Below, in pieces: positions 13,119 through 24,835 of a stretch of DNA of 64,000 nt. The notes under the pieces are model-generated. The model made no database searches and was not told the DNA's origin. It saw nothing but the letters and a program-made list of their open reading frames with translations. The stretch comes from Heteronotia binoei (taxonomy: Eukaryota). Each line of letters opens with the position of its first letter. The stretch's first letter is position 1. The translations under genes were made by a program, and so were the position numbers. The stretch is from positions 125,178,001 through 125,242,000 of the forward strand of contig NC_083226.1 in the NCBI RefSeq assembly GCF_032191835.1, read 5' to 3'.

Positions 13119-13467
13119 GTTGTGAAGTGTCATCCAAAGCAGAGTTACACTCTTCTATTGAAGTCCACAGCCTTTGAAAGGTGTAACTCTGCTTAAGATG
13201 GCACCATAAGTCTACTGCAGTATTACATACAGTGGTGAATTAATAATGTAATAGGGATGAGTTGTAAGTGACCACTGCCATTGGCTAGGAAGTGGTGGAT
13301 GTCACTTTTAAAGACCAAGGCACACAACAATTAAGTGCAAGCATTGGTCTGTACTGGCATTCCGGCCATTTCAGCAGCTGTAGATCTGCCTGAGCCTGCT
13401 CCCAAGTGACAGTAATTAAATTCCTGGCATTGATGTTTTTAAAAGTATGCATTATGCGAAGTTTCTG

Positions 13468-13612
13468 CAGTAGATTTTCCTCGCAAGGCACAAAACTGAA
13501 GTTTTCTCCTTCTTACCCACATTTTTCAGAACTCACTAAAATTGGGGCTTCTGAAAACACAGGGTAAGAAGGGAAAACTTTGGGTTTGCATCTGGTGAGG
13601 AAAAATCTACTG
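13468..13612. repeat. Foldback inverted repeat (probable MITE core)
   Basis: Arms 13468-13518 and 13562-13612 are imperfect reverse complements (CAGTAGATTTT...CTTCTTACCC / GGGTAAGAAG...AAAATCTACTG), with an inner TTTTCAGAA/TTCTGAAAA pair. Confidence 0.65.
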
Positions 13613-16600
13613 TGGAAAATTTAAAAACAACAATGCAGGGAATTTCACTACTGTGTAAATGGTCTTAAGAGAGTGGGTCATTGCTTACTACTATCCAGCC
13701 CCATTGAATAAGCTGCTGCTGATTATGTAGGCTTGCATTAATAGAGATACAGTTACAATATAATTAATCCTTCAGCATTAGCCTACTCACAGCTGCTCTG
13801 GAGCAAGGTGCTACATGTGGCTGATAGGTAGTAAAGAGCAGGAAACTGAAAATGCATCTTCATGGCAGGCATCCTTTGCTATGTACTGGATCTCAAAACT
13901 TTTCCATGAATACGTAGGTTGCCCATTTTGGAAAAGACCTTGCAGTCAGGCAGTCTTGGCAAATTTCTGATTCAATTACTGTTGTTCTGATTTATATGGC
14001 TATGATTCTAAAATACCACTGTAATAATTATGTAAAATTCACTACATATTAATAAGTAATATTAATCTTATAGTAATTTAATGACAAGAAAATGTTGTGA
14101 CTCATGTTTTTAAAAATCTCACTAATTTTTTTTCTCTCGCAACTCAAAATTAACCAGGGTTTTTTTTTAAATCTAGAAATATAAATATAAATGTATTTGA
14201 TTTTTTTTTAAAAAGCGATAGTGAAATTGAGTTCAAAGTTTCTACATATTTTGTTGTTCTAGACTATTGCTAGGAACTTGGTTCATCATGTCTTATATAT
14301 AAACTTCTGAAACATACAGAAGTCTCATCTCTCCATTAATAAAAACAGTAAGTTCAATCTTGATTCTTTAGTAGAATAGCAAGAGGAATAGTACCAAAAT
14401 AAAGAATAAAGAAAAAAAAATGGGTCTGTTATGATTGCCAGTTGTTGTCAGGCATTCTAAGCAGATGTTAGAAGTTAGTGAATTCCCCATTCTGTGTTGC
14501 TTTCATTATCTGTCTGTCACTCTCTCATTCTGGAGCACGATCTTGAAGCTATGCAGTGATTGTGAGGTAAAGCAGGACTTTTTGCTGGCTGCAGAACTCA
14601 AAGTGCCTACAACCTTATCATGAGTTGAGTATCTAATGTCATAATATGCTTGGAGTTGGGAGTATCAAACCTTACAAATGCAGGATGCAGCATGTCTTGT
14701 TGCAACTTTTCTTTGTGAAAAATAGCTGTTGAGCATTTAACGAGAATTGTGGAGTACATCAAATACAGCAACCAATAAAGAAGAGATATCTTTTTGGTTA
14801 TTGTATATTTTTTAAAAAACCCAAAACAAAGCAGGGGGCTGATGTAAGGTTTTGATAAGTATGTGCTCAACCAGTGTTTCTTGGACAGGTATTTCTTCCT
14901 GTGCCATAGACCACAGACACAAGTTGAGCAGTGATAGATTGGGGTGTGTGTGTGTGTGTGTTACTTCTTGTTGTATACTATGTAATTTTCAGTGCATTAG
15001 AGCAATCAAGTGAAATTAATAATACATCAAAAATTTCCATTTGTAGAGTCTTAAAAGTGTCTTTGAAATAGGGAATGTTCAAGATTTCTATTTCAACTCA
15101 TGATCATGAGATTCTTTGAGAGTATCGGACAATACTTCTGCTGTTATAATCTGTGCATGACATTGCTGCTTAATTGGCCATGGAAAGCACACACTGCCTT
15201 TAGGATTGTTGCGGCATAGTTTAAGATAGTGCCCTGCTTACAATACATTTTGGCAAAGAATTTGGCCCTTGGGAGGGCTGAATGAACTTCAAAGGGTTCT
15301 ATGTGTTAAAAGTGAAAAGTAGGTATACTACATTAGTAATACCGCTCCGTCATCTATCTAGAAAACCTTGGCAAACAAGAAAAAATGAGGCATCAGAGTT
15401 CCTCCTGACCATTTGGCTGGACACTTCTGATGTGGCTGTAGAATTTTGTAGATAACCAGAGGAACATAGTGCATTGCAGTGGGATTGATGTGCATGAACA
15501 AAAGGAGTAAAACCCTGAATAATTATCATCATTATTGGTCTGTAGTGTATTTTGGCTAGTGACCAAACAAGGTAGCAGGAAATAAAACTGAATTATCCAG
15601 TTTACACCACTTTTAGTATTATAGTTAAAGACACAGAGCCAAAATACCCACAGCTTCAAAAGAAATTAAAAATAAAAAAGGCCTTACAAGGGAGATGTAG
15701 TCTGCTTATGCACTTAGAGAATTATTCCCATCTGTCCTTCTTCTATCCATTCAGTAACCTTGTTGCAAGGTTATGATTAGTGGGAAATGGATCTTAATCA
15801 CCAGTTGTAATGTTTCCCCTTTTTGCTGCAGCTGTTTCAGGCAGGCTAGCACATTGCAAAACTTTGCCTTCAATTTTATCTGCTGCCCAGAGAGAAATTC
15901 TTTATATTCACTGCAAGTTCTGGAACTGGAGGGAGAACAAGTGAAGGGAGCTTCAACAGAATCAATTTGCACAGGCATTTTAAAGATAACACCGTCCATT
16001 CAAAAAGTATGATGCTTGGTTTGGCTTCTGTCAGCCTAAGCTGCAAGCAGAAGTGAAATAAAAAGTACACATTATAAAGTTTCTTCCTTAAAGAAGGTGG
16101 GGGGGAACCCTCCAGTCTGTGTATGTATAAAGCAAGGCATTCAGTCTACAATATGCTGTTGAATTTGTCTAATTAGAATGTGAACATGTTTCTTCAAGGG
16201 TTGGGGGTGTGTGCTTTCTTTTCATTAGCTGTGCGTGCCAAGGTATCCATGTGCATTTTATTGTCACCTGTCGCACTCCCAACAGATGCACACAATCTGC
16301 TCTGCTGTCACCAGCAGGATTAAGTTTATGAAGAAGATGTTAGAACATGCTACTGTTGCCGTTGCAATTAATGCACTTATCTTCTTCGGAAAAGTAAAAG
16401 AATAATAAAGCAATTTTCTGTGGTGAAATGTAGTTGATGATCGCTGAAGGAATACTTCTTGCTGAAGAAGTTCTCCAGATAGGTTGACTCTGTCACTACT
16501 TTTCAATTAATGTAATTCTTAATTTCAGCATAGAGGCAGAGGTCTTTCCTCAGCCTATAAAGCAAAGACTCATGTTGCAGCTCCAGCACCAAGGGGAGGG

Positions 16601-17469
16601 GCAGAGGTGGGCACCCTGCACCAAGTCCTCTATGACTACATATTCTAGCTTAATACGCAAAACTTAGTTGAAATAATAAAACACAGCATTTTTCAGAAAG
16701 TGGATAAAAATTGGTTGTAAGAAGCCTTGGCACAGCAAGGGGTAGGGATCCTGGCCATTGACTGTGCCTCCTGCCAGTCGATGATCAGTGGTTGCCTTGG
16801 GGTGGCAGGTTTTGGATCCCACTAGGGCAGAAGCCCAGAGGTGGTCTCCCTTGCCACCTGAGCATGCAGGTGATCCCTGGACATGCCCCTGGGCTGGGTG
16901 CCTCAGCTGCCCCTCACACCAGGATCCCTTATTGGGATCCCTACACTCAGGAATGAGCACACAGACCACTTTTTCTGAGCAGCATATTTGCTAGGGGATT
17001 CTGGACTAAATCCTTAAGATTTGGTGAATAACGTTTATGGCTATGATCCTCATCATGACTATCTAATATGTGCTGCTAAATATGTAATGAATGTTACAAA
17101 AGTTACGTGTACAATTCCTGTGAAGTTCTGATTCTAGCTCAGTTCACACTTCAGTTAAGACTGGGCTTCAGGCTGATTAGTTCCCTGAAGCAAAGGATTT
17201 TTGTGATGTGTGTACTGTTGTTGATTAGTCTGCACATATGCTGCTATAGTAAGTGGTTCTGAAACCTTGCGGTGAGCTACCCTTGGAAAATGGAGCACTG
17301 GGTGAAAGAATGCTATTCAGCTATGAAAGAAATGATCAGTGATGAGATGAGAGGAGCAGAAAGCACTGGACAAACAGAAGAAACGGCTTTTCTTAAAAAT
17401 TGTGAGATACCAAAAGTATGAAAGTGTGGAATTGTTTATCCTGGAGTCACCGGGATTGCTGGAGAACAT

Positions 17470-17680
17470 AGCCAGAAATCCCTGCTGAATGACACTGAGG
17501 ATCTGTCTAGGCCAGCATCCTGGTTTCCATAGTGGCCAGCCAGATTCCCTGGCTCTGCATAAGCAGACATGAAGGCAATGGTCATCTACCTTTGCTGAAT
17601 CACCGTGACTAAAGCACAATGGCATACCGCTTCTGAACATGCAGCTTCACTTTAGTCATCTTGCTGTTATTGCTATACTT
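17470..17680 (-). mobile_element. Old CR1 3' UTR remnant
   Basis: tctgtctaggccagcatcctggtttccatagtggcc resembles the reverse-complemented CR1 3' end seen at 53620-53680. Confidence 0.45.
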
Positions 17681-17871
17681 ATTGTCCAGAGAGACGTAAT
17701 TATGATGTCTGGACATGCCTAGGTTTCTATTCCTAGAATGCAGTTCTTAGTAGTGTGGAGGTCCTGTTTAAACCAGAACAACGGTGTATGGGGACAGGAG
17801 ATTATGCGATTTTTCTGACATGAAAAGGTCCTGGGAAGATGCTGTATGCCATGCCATTGAAGCGTACATGT

Positions 17872-20513
17872 TGTTGTTCAGTCGCACAGTTGAGTCCGAC
17901 TCTTTGCAACACCATGGACAAAGTCACGCCAGACCCTCCTGTCTTCCACCATCTTCCGGTCTGCTCAAATTTGTGTTTGATACATTAGTAACGTTGTCCA
18001 GCTATCTCATCTTTTGCCGTTCCCTTTTTCTTTTGCCTTCTGTCTTTCCCAGCATCAGGATCTTCTCCAGGGAGTGCTCCCTTCTCATTTGGTGGCCAGA
18101 GTATTTGAGCTTCAGCATCTGACTTTCCAGGGAACAGTCTGGGTTGATTTCTCTTAGGATTGACTGATTTGATCTTCTTGCAGTCCAAGGAACTCTCAAG
18201 ATTCTTCTCCAGCACCAGAGCTCAAAAGTATCTATTCTTCCGCGCTCGGCCTTCCTTATGGTCCAGCTCTCACAGCCATACATTACTACTGGGAATACCA
18301 TCGCTTTGACTATACGGACTTTTGTTGGCAGGGTGATGTCTCTGCTTTTTATTATACTGCCCAGGTTCGCCATAGCTGTCCTCCCAAGGAGCAAACGTTT
18401 TTTAATTTCATGGCTACAGTCACCATCTGCAGTGATCTTGGATTCCAGAAATGTGAAGTCTGTCACAACTTCCAAGTCTTCCCCCTCTATTTGCCACAGT
18501 GTGATGGGGCCGGATGCCATGATCTTAGTTTTTTTGACGTTAAGTTTCAAGTCTACTTTAGTGCTCTCCTCTTTCACCCTCAACAAGAGGTTCTTTAGGT
18601 CCTCCTCACTTTCTGCCTTTAGAGTGGTATCATCTGCATATCTGAGGTTATTGATGTTTTTCCGGTTTGTGCTTCATCCAGGCCAACATTCCGCATGATG
18701 TACTATGCATATAAATTAAATAAGCAGGATGACAATATACATCCTTGTCGAACTCCTTTTTCTATTCTAAACTAATCAGTTGTCCCATATACCGTTCTGA
18801 CCGTTGCTTCTTGACCGTTATACAGGTTTCTCAGGAGACATGTGAGGTGGTCTGGTACTCCCATCTCTTCAAGGACTTGCCACAGTTTGTTGTGATCCAC
18901 ACAATCAAAGGTTTTAGCGTAGTCAATGAAGCAGAAATAGACATCTTTCTGATACTCCCATGCTTTCTCCATAAGCCAACAAATGTTGGCAATTTGATCT
19001 CTAGTTCCTCTACCTCTCCGAATCCCAGCTTGAACTTCTGGTAGTTCCCAATCTACATACTGCTGAAGCCTAGTTTGTAGGATCTAACATGACCTTGCTG
19101 GCATGTGAAATGAGTGCAATGGTGCAATAGTTTGAACATTCCTTGGCATTACCCTTCTTTGGGATTGAAATATGAACTGACCTTTTTCAGTCCTGTGGCC
19201 ACTGTTGCGTTTTCCGAATTTGTTGACATAGTGTGTGCATCCCTTTAACAGCATCATCTTTTAAGACTTTTAATAGTTCAACTGGGATACTGTAATCTCT
19301 GCTTGCTTTGTTGTTAGTAATGCTTTCTAAGGCCCATTTGACTTCACACTCCAGGATGTTTGGCTTAAGGTCAGCGATTTCACTGTCATGGTTGTCAAGG
19401 ACACTGAGATCCTTCTTGTATAATTCTTCTATGTATTCTTGCCACCTCTTCCTGATCTTTTCTGCTTGGTAGGTCCCTACCTTTTTTGTCCTTTATCATG
19501 GCCATCTTTGCACGAAACATACCTTTGATTTCTCCAATTTTCTGGAAAAGATCTCTTGTTTTTCCCATTCTATTATTTTCCTCTATTGCTTTGCATTGTT
19601 CCTTCAGGAAGGCCTCCTTATCTCTCCTTGCTGTTCTCTGAAAATCTGCACTCAGTTGGGTGAATTTTTCCTTTTCATCTTTGCCTTTCGCTTTCCATCT
19701 TTCCTCAGCTATTTGTAAAGCCTCATCCATCACTTTAACAGCATCACTTTAACAGTCTTAAAAGATGACTTTGAATAGCTCAACTGGGATACCATCATCT
19801 CCACTTGCTTTGTTGTTAGTAATGCTTTCTTCACATTCCAGGATACTGTGATATTGAATGGTTTGCCTTGGATATGGACCAAGATCATTCTGTCATTTTT
19901 GAGATTGTATCCCATTACTGCCTTCCTCGCTCTCTTGTTAACTATAAAGGCCACACCATTTCTTCTACGGGACTCTTGTCCACAATAATAGATGTAGTGA
20001 TCCTCTGAGTTAAATTCATCCATTCCTGTCCATTTTAATTAACTGATTCCCAGGATGTTGATGTTCAGTCTTGCCATCTCTTGTTTGATTACATCCAGCT
20101 TCTTGACTCATAGATCTTATATTCAGCGTTCCAATGCAGTATTGGTCTTTGCAGCATCAGACTGTTCTTTCACCATCAGACAGCTGAGCGTCCTTTCAGC
20201 TTTGGCCCACTGCTTCACTCTTTCTGTGGTTACTTGGACTTGCCCTCCGCTCTTCCCCAGTAGCATATTGGGCACCTTCTGACCTGAGGGGCTCATCTTC
20301 CAGCACCATATCTTTTAGCCTTTTGTTACTGTCCATGGGGTTTTCTTGGCAAGGATACTGGAGTGGTTTGCCATTTCCTTCTCCAGTGGATTGCATTTTG
20401 TCTGGGTTCTCAGCTGTAATCTGTCCATCTTGGGTGGCCCTGCATGGCATAGCCCACAGCCTCAGTGAACTGCGCAAGCCCTCTCGCCATGTCGAGGCAG
20501 CAGTCCCTGAGAG
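17872..20513 (-). mobile_element. BovB (RTE clade) LINE, near full-length, internally deleted and rearranged, non-coding
   Basis: Endonuclease fragment (MDEFNSEDHYIYYCGQE...NGVAFIV...GKPFNITV), RT fragments (FCFIDYAKTFDCVDH; ELWCWRRILRVPWTARRSNQSIL), and BovB 3' end CTGAACAACAAC. Decayed TSD candidate gaagcgtacatgt (17859-17871) / ggagcttatatgt (20514-20526). Confidence 0.93.
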
Positions 20514-20526
20514 GGAGCTTATATGT

Positions 20527-20880
20527 ACTGATAAGCTTCCGCTCTCCTGGCTTTCTGCAAACTATGCTGAAAGGAGGGCATTTTAATATAGGTAATAGGG
20601 TTATGATATGTTTTAGAAAAGATGCTTTGGTAAAGGGATAAAAATTATGGACTATACTACTGTTTATAGTACATACTGTCAGGTTTACTGTTTAATTTTT
20701 GCATAATTTAATATGTCATGTAATGCTTTGCTCTGTTTCCAGATTTCTGCCATCTAAACCCTATTGCACTGTTTATTGGATGTCTCATTTATGTTAATTT
20801 AATTGTCTCACACAGTGTGATCCACCTTGATTCTCAGTGAGAAAGGTGGATTACAAATAATATAAATGTAAATCAATAAA
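20527..20880 (+). mobile_element. LINE (L2-like) 3' UTR fragment; second copy at ~23525-23790
   Basis: About 250 bp is clearly homologous to 23525-23790. It ends in a TGATCCACCTTGA...GGTGGATTACAAATAA L2-like tail. Confidence 0.55.
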
Positions 20881-20929
20881 TATGTAATTTTCTCCAGTGG
20901 AGAAAATGAAGTCCTTTAAGACTTATCCA

Positions 20930-21050
20930 GGTGGACAGCCATGTTGGTCTGAAGCTGTAGAATAGATTTTGAGTCCAGTGGCACCTTTAATACCAACAAA
21001 AGTTTATTTAAGATATGAATTTTCGTGTGCATGCATACTTCTTCACATAA
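20930..21050 (-). mobile_element. Penelope-like element terminal remnant with decayed minimal hammerhead ribozyme
   Basis: The gagtccagtggcacctttaa(t)accaac motif is typical of reptile Penelope termini. Minus strand 21049-21013 reads TAT-GTGAAGA-AGTATGCATGCACAC-GAAAA-TTC-ATAT. Confidence 0.6.
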
Positions 21051-22894
21051 CTCTGTAAGACTGTCTCAGGTTGGGAAAAATAGCATGTGGAGGGAGGTGT
21101 CTCAATCCAAATTAGGTCTCTGCATGCCTGAGAACTGAGGTCTGGCTACATATTTGTCAACCTGAAAAGTGTGGGACATGTGAATTAGCCCCATGAGAAG
21201 TTTGGCTTTGAACCTGGGAAACTTTGGAAAAATAAAAGATTCATTGACAACTGTATCACATGGAGCAATTTGGTGGCGGTACACTTAAATGTGTAGCTTG
21301 TACCCCTCAATCAGTAACTTATAAATATGACTTTGTAAATATATGTATCATACAGGCATAATAATGAAGGAAGTAGGATTGTCCACATTTCCTTGTCAGG
21401 GGTACATTTTGTGAGAAACCAGTTCCCCCCCCCCCCACACACACACAATGGGTTTAGTGCCTTAGATAAGCTACTGTATTCTCAGTCTGATTTTTGCATC
21501 TTCAGCATGAGAAAATAATGGTATCTCTCAAAGGGCTATTTTGAGGATGAATAAGAAGAAAGTGCTTTCTAGTGTGGACTAAAGTTTAATAAAAAGATGA
21601 CCGTAGGCTACCTCCCCTTTTTTTCCATCTGACTGAGCTCTGGGAATGAAGCTTGTGTGGAGGATACCCAATTGTAATAGGTGGTTAGAAAAGTGAGGAG
21701 AAAATGCTGACTAATACCACACTTCTAATTTTTGTTGGAAAGCATGAAAACAAAACTTCAAACCGGTACTCAGAAGCAGCCAAAACAAAATGCAAAAACA
21801 AAATATGTAATATTGTTTATTAGCTCCCATCAAAATAACACAAAGTAGTGATCAAGTTTTTGAGTTCTCCATAATGGAAATTATTTGTTTTCCACAACCA
21901 CACTGCCCTTTTCAACCATAAAAACTCCAAGGAGCTCTTAAAATATGTTTACATATATGTAGTGCTATGTGCAGGTCTGAAGATGAATTTTTAGAAGGAG
22001 CATAGCGTTTTGTTTTTAAGCAGACTGTTAACATGAAAAATGTATAGGCACAATGCACACATATCGAAGAACAAAATTTGTGTTACAAGTTAATGTCATC
22101 CATAATCCTATTATTCTCATTCTTAATGAAAAAACGTCTATCTTTGAATTGGCCTCTTTTCTGAGAAGTTGATTTCTTTGGGCTTTTTCGATAGCTAAAA
22201 AATTAATTCTTCAACAGTGGGAAAGCTCCATTAATTCCCCAAATCAAAGACTGTTTTAATGAGCTTAGTGACTTGACTGAATTTAAAGTAGTTGCAGTAT
22301 ACATTTACATAAATTAAATATATTTAAAGAATTTGATCTCTATTTTTAGAGGGATTTAAAATACTGTTCTTCTTTAGAATTGGTTATCATGAATGCAAAC
22401 CTCAAATTATTCATGGTTATCAAGAAAAGGAAACCTACTATATGCTTTTTTCAAACAAACTCAGGTGATACACTAAAGGAAGTCAATGAGAACAGTCATA
22501 TTTGTTGTATATTTGGAACTCTTGTCTTCTGTTAAACTAATAATAATATTAATGTGCTTAACTCATGAATATAGGGAAGAAGGATGACTTTGCAAGCTGT
22601 AAAGTGATAAGCATTGTAATGTTGTGCAAAGTTACTCTTCTCTAAACCAGTCTGAGATGAGTTGGTCTGGAGTGGAATAACTGCGTAAAATGGCACTGTT
22701 GCAGTTGGAAAGCATGAAAATATAATAGTCTTCATGCTGCTGTAGAAGAAATATAAATAATCTCAGGATGCTTTGATTCTATCTATTTTGTATACAAATG
22801 CCTAGAAATGAAAGCAAGCCTGGCTAACTGAATATGTGCTTTCCTCCTACTCACACTATGTAGGACCAAATAAATTTTACATGGGAATGTTTAT

Positions 22895-23512
22895 TTACTT
22901 TATTTAAATCATTTCAATTCTGCCTTTTCACACAGTTCAGGATTTTCCAAAGTAGCAAACATTAAAATGAAACATTTTAACATTTAAAACATTAAAAGCA
23001 TGACGGAGACAAAACATAATATAAACACAGGAATGCAAGGACAAGGAGGAGGGCTAATAAGAGTGAGGGAACTCCTAATAAGTGAAGTCTTCAGCCAGTG
23101 AAAGACAGTGATGATAGAGGATAACAAATGGATCTTCCTGGTGAGGGAATTCCAAAGGTTTGGTGCCATGGGTCCGCAGGCTCTTTCTCAGGTGGTAACT
23201 TGTCCAGCCTCATATGGTAGGGGCACCTAAACAGAACCTCACAAAATGACCAAAGTGATCAGGTAGGTTGATATGAGAATAGATATGTTGGCTTCAGATA
23301 TGTTGGCTCTGAGTCATACTGGATTGTAAAGTTCTGGAATCAAATTAGAAGCCAGTGTAGATGAACCAAGACAAGAGTGATTCAGTCTCTATGGCCCATT
23401 CCAGTCAGCATTCTAGCTGCAGCATTCTGTGCGATGGAGCTTCTAGACCGTCTTCAAGGGCAGCCCCATGTGGAGCATATTGCAGTAATCTAACCTAGAT
23501 GTTATTGTGGAA
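22895..23512 (-). mobile_element. L2 LINE 3' fragment (degraded)
   Basis: Reverse complement encodes remnants of SRLDYCN..LHMGLPLKTV.KL...QNAAARML, the same region as the 27424 ORF. T-rich tail at ~22895. Confidence 0.75.
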
Positions 23513-24099
23513 TGTCCTGCCTGATGGTATCGGAAGGCTCCCACCCTTTCTGCAAACTATGCCAAAAGTAAGAGTGTTTTAATATAGGTTATAGGGTTAT
23601 GAAATATTTCAGAAAAGATGCTTTGGTAAAGGAATAAAGACTGTGGACTATACTACTACACTTAGTACATACTTTCTGGCCTACTGTGTAATTTTTGCAT
23701 CTTTTAGCATGTCATGTAATGTTTAGACTCTGTTTTCAGATTTCTACCATCCAAACCCTATTGCACTGTTTGATCTAGACGTTTCTAGGGCATGTTCCAT
23801 AGTGGATGCATGACTGGATCTCCTGACATTTTTAGTTTTGCTTTTAAGCAATTGTAAGAGGCTTCAGATATTCTTGGAACAACAGCATTGAGGAAAGGAC
23901 TACTTACCAATATTTATTTTTTTACAAAGCAAAGCATTTCTTCAGCTCCTGAAGTCAGTTTTGGATTTGATTATCATGAATGCAAAACCCAAATTATTCA
24001 TGGGTATCAAGAAAAAGAAACCCACTGTGTGCTTTTTCAAACAAACTTAGGTGATGATAAACTGAAGCTTAATCACGATGAGTTATGGTTAGCCAGCTG

Positions 24100-24835
24100 T
24101 GGCCTTTTCTAGGCAGAAAAGATCTTACCACTGTGGTTCATGCTGTGGTTGCATCTAGATTAGATTACTGGTGCTCTGCATGGGGCTACCTTTGAGTGGT
24201 GTTAGAAAACTTCAATTGTTATACATTCTGCAGCCAGGATGTTGACTAGAGTGGGTCATAGGGACCATATACTGGTAATTGCAGTCTTGGTCTATTACAC
24301 TGGTTCTTAGTTGGCTTCTGGCCACGATACGAGGTGCTGGTGCTAACCCTTAACGCCCTATATGATTTTGGACCAACATACCTGAAGGACTGCCTACTCC
24401 CTTGTGAACCTGCCTGACCACTATGGTAATCTTTGTAGGCCCTACTTAATGTGCTTATTTTCTAGTTTAGGTGGATGGCAACCTGGAAGAGGGCCTTTTT
24501 GGTAGTGACACCAAAGCTCTGGAACTCTATCCTAAGGGGAATTCATCTGTCGCTATCTTTCACCAGCAGGTGAAGACTTACTTTGTTCCATTTGATATTC
24601 CCTCAGTGATATTCCCTCAGTGATCCCCTTCTTCCTGTCCAATATTTTAATTGTTTTAATGTGTTTGTATGCATTTTTTCTGTTTGTAATGATTGTGTTT
24701 GTGTTTTGAGGGGTTGGTTTTAAAAATGTATTTTATTATGTACATTTTAAATTTGTTAGTTGCCTTGGTGGCCTTTGTGAAGGCAGAAAGGTGGGGAATA
24801 AATCTTGTAATTAATTAAAATAATTAAAATAATAT
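24100..24835 (+). mobile_element. L2 LINE 3' fragment (degraded)
   Basis: DLTTVVHAVVASRLDY...GLPL remnants; ends GCCTTG...GAAAGGTGGGGAATAAAT plus (TAA)n. Confidence 0.75.

Noticed and set aside
12907-13119. Recurrent small ORFs (MSPKRRCPYP..., also at 31401, 39006, 58475)
   Set aside because: Similar only because they are translations of the same non-coding MITE body; the frames break differently in each copy.
20527-23790. Segmental tandem duplication suggested by the 20527/23525 homology
   Set aside because: Homology is limited to a LINE 3' UTR-like segment and the intervening sequences do not align; independent insertions are more likely.
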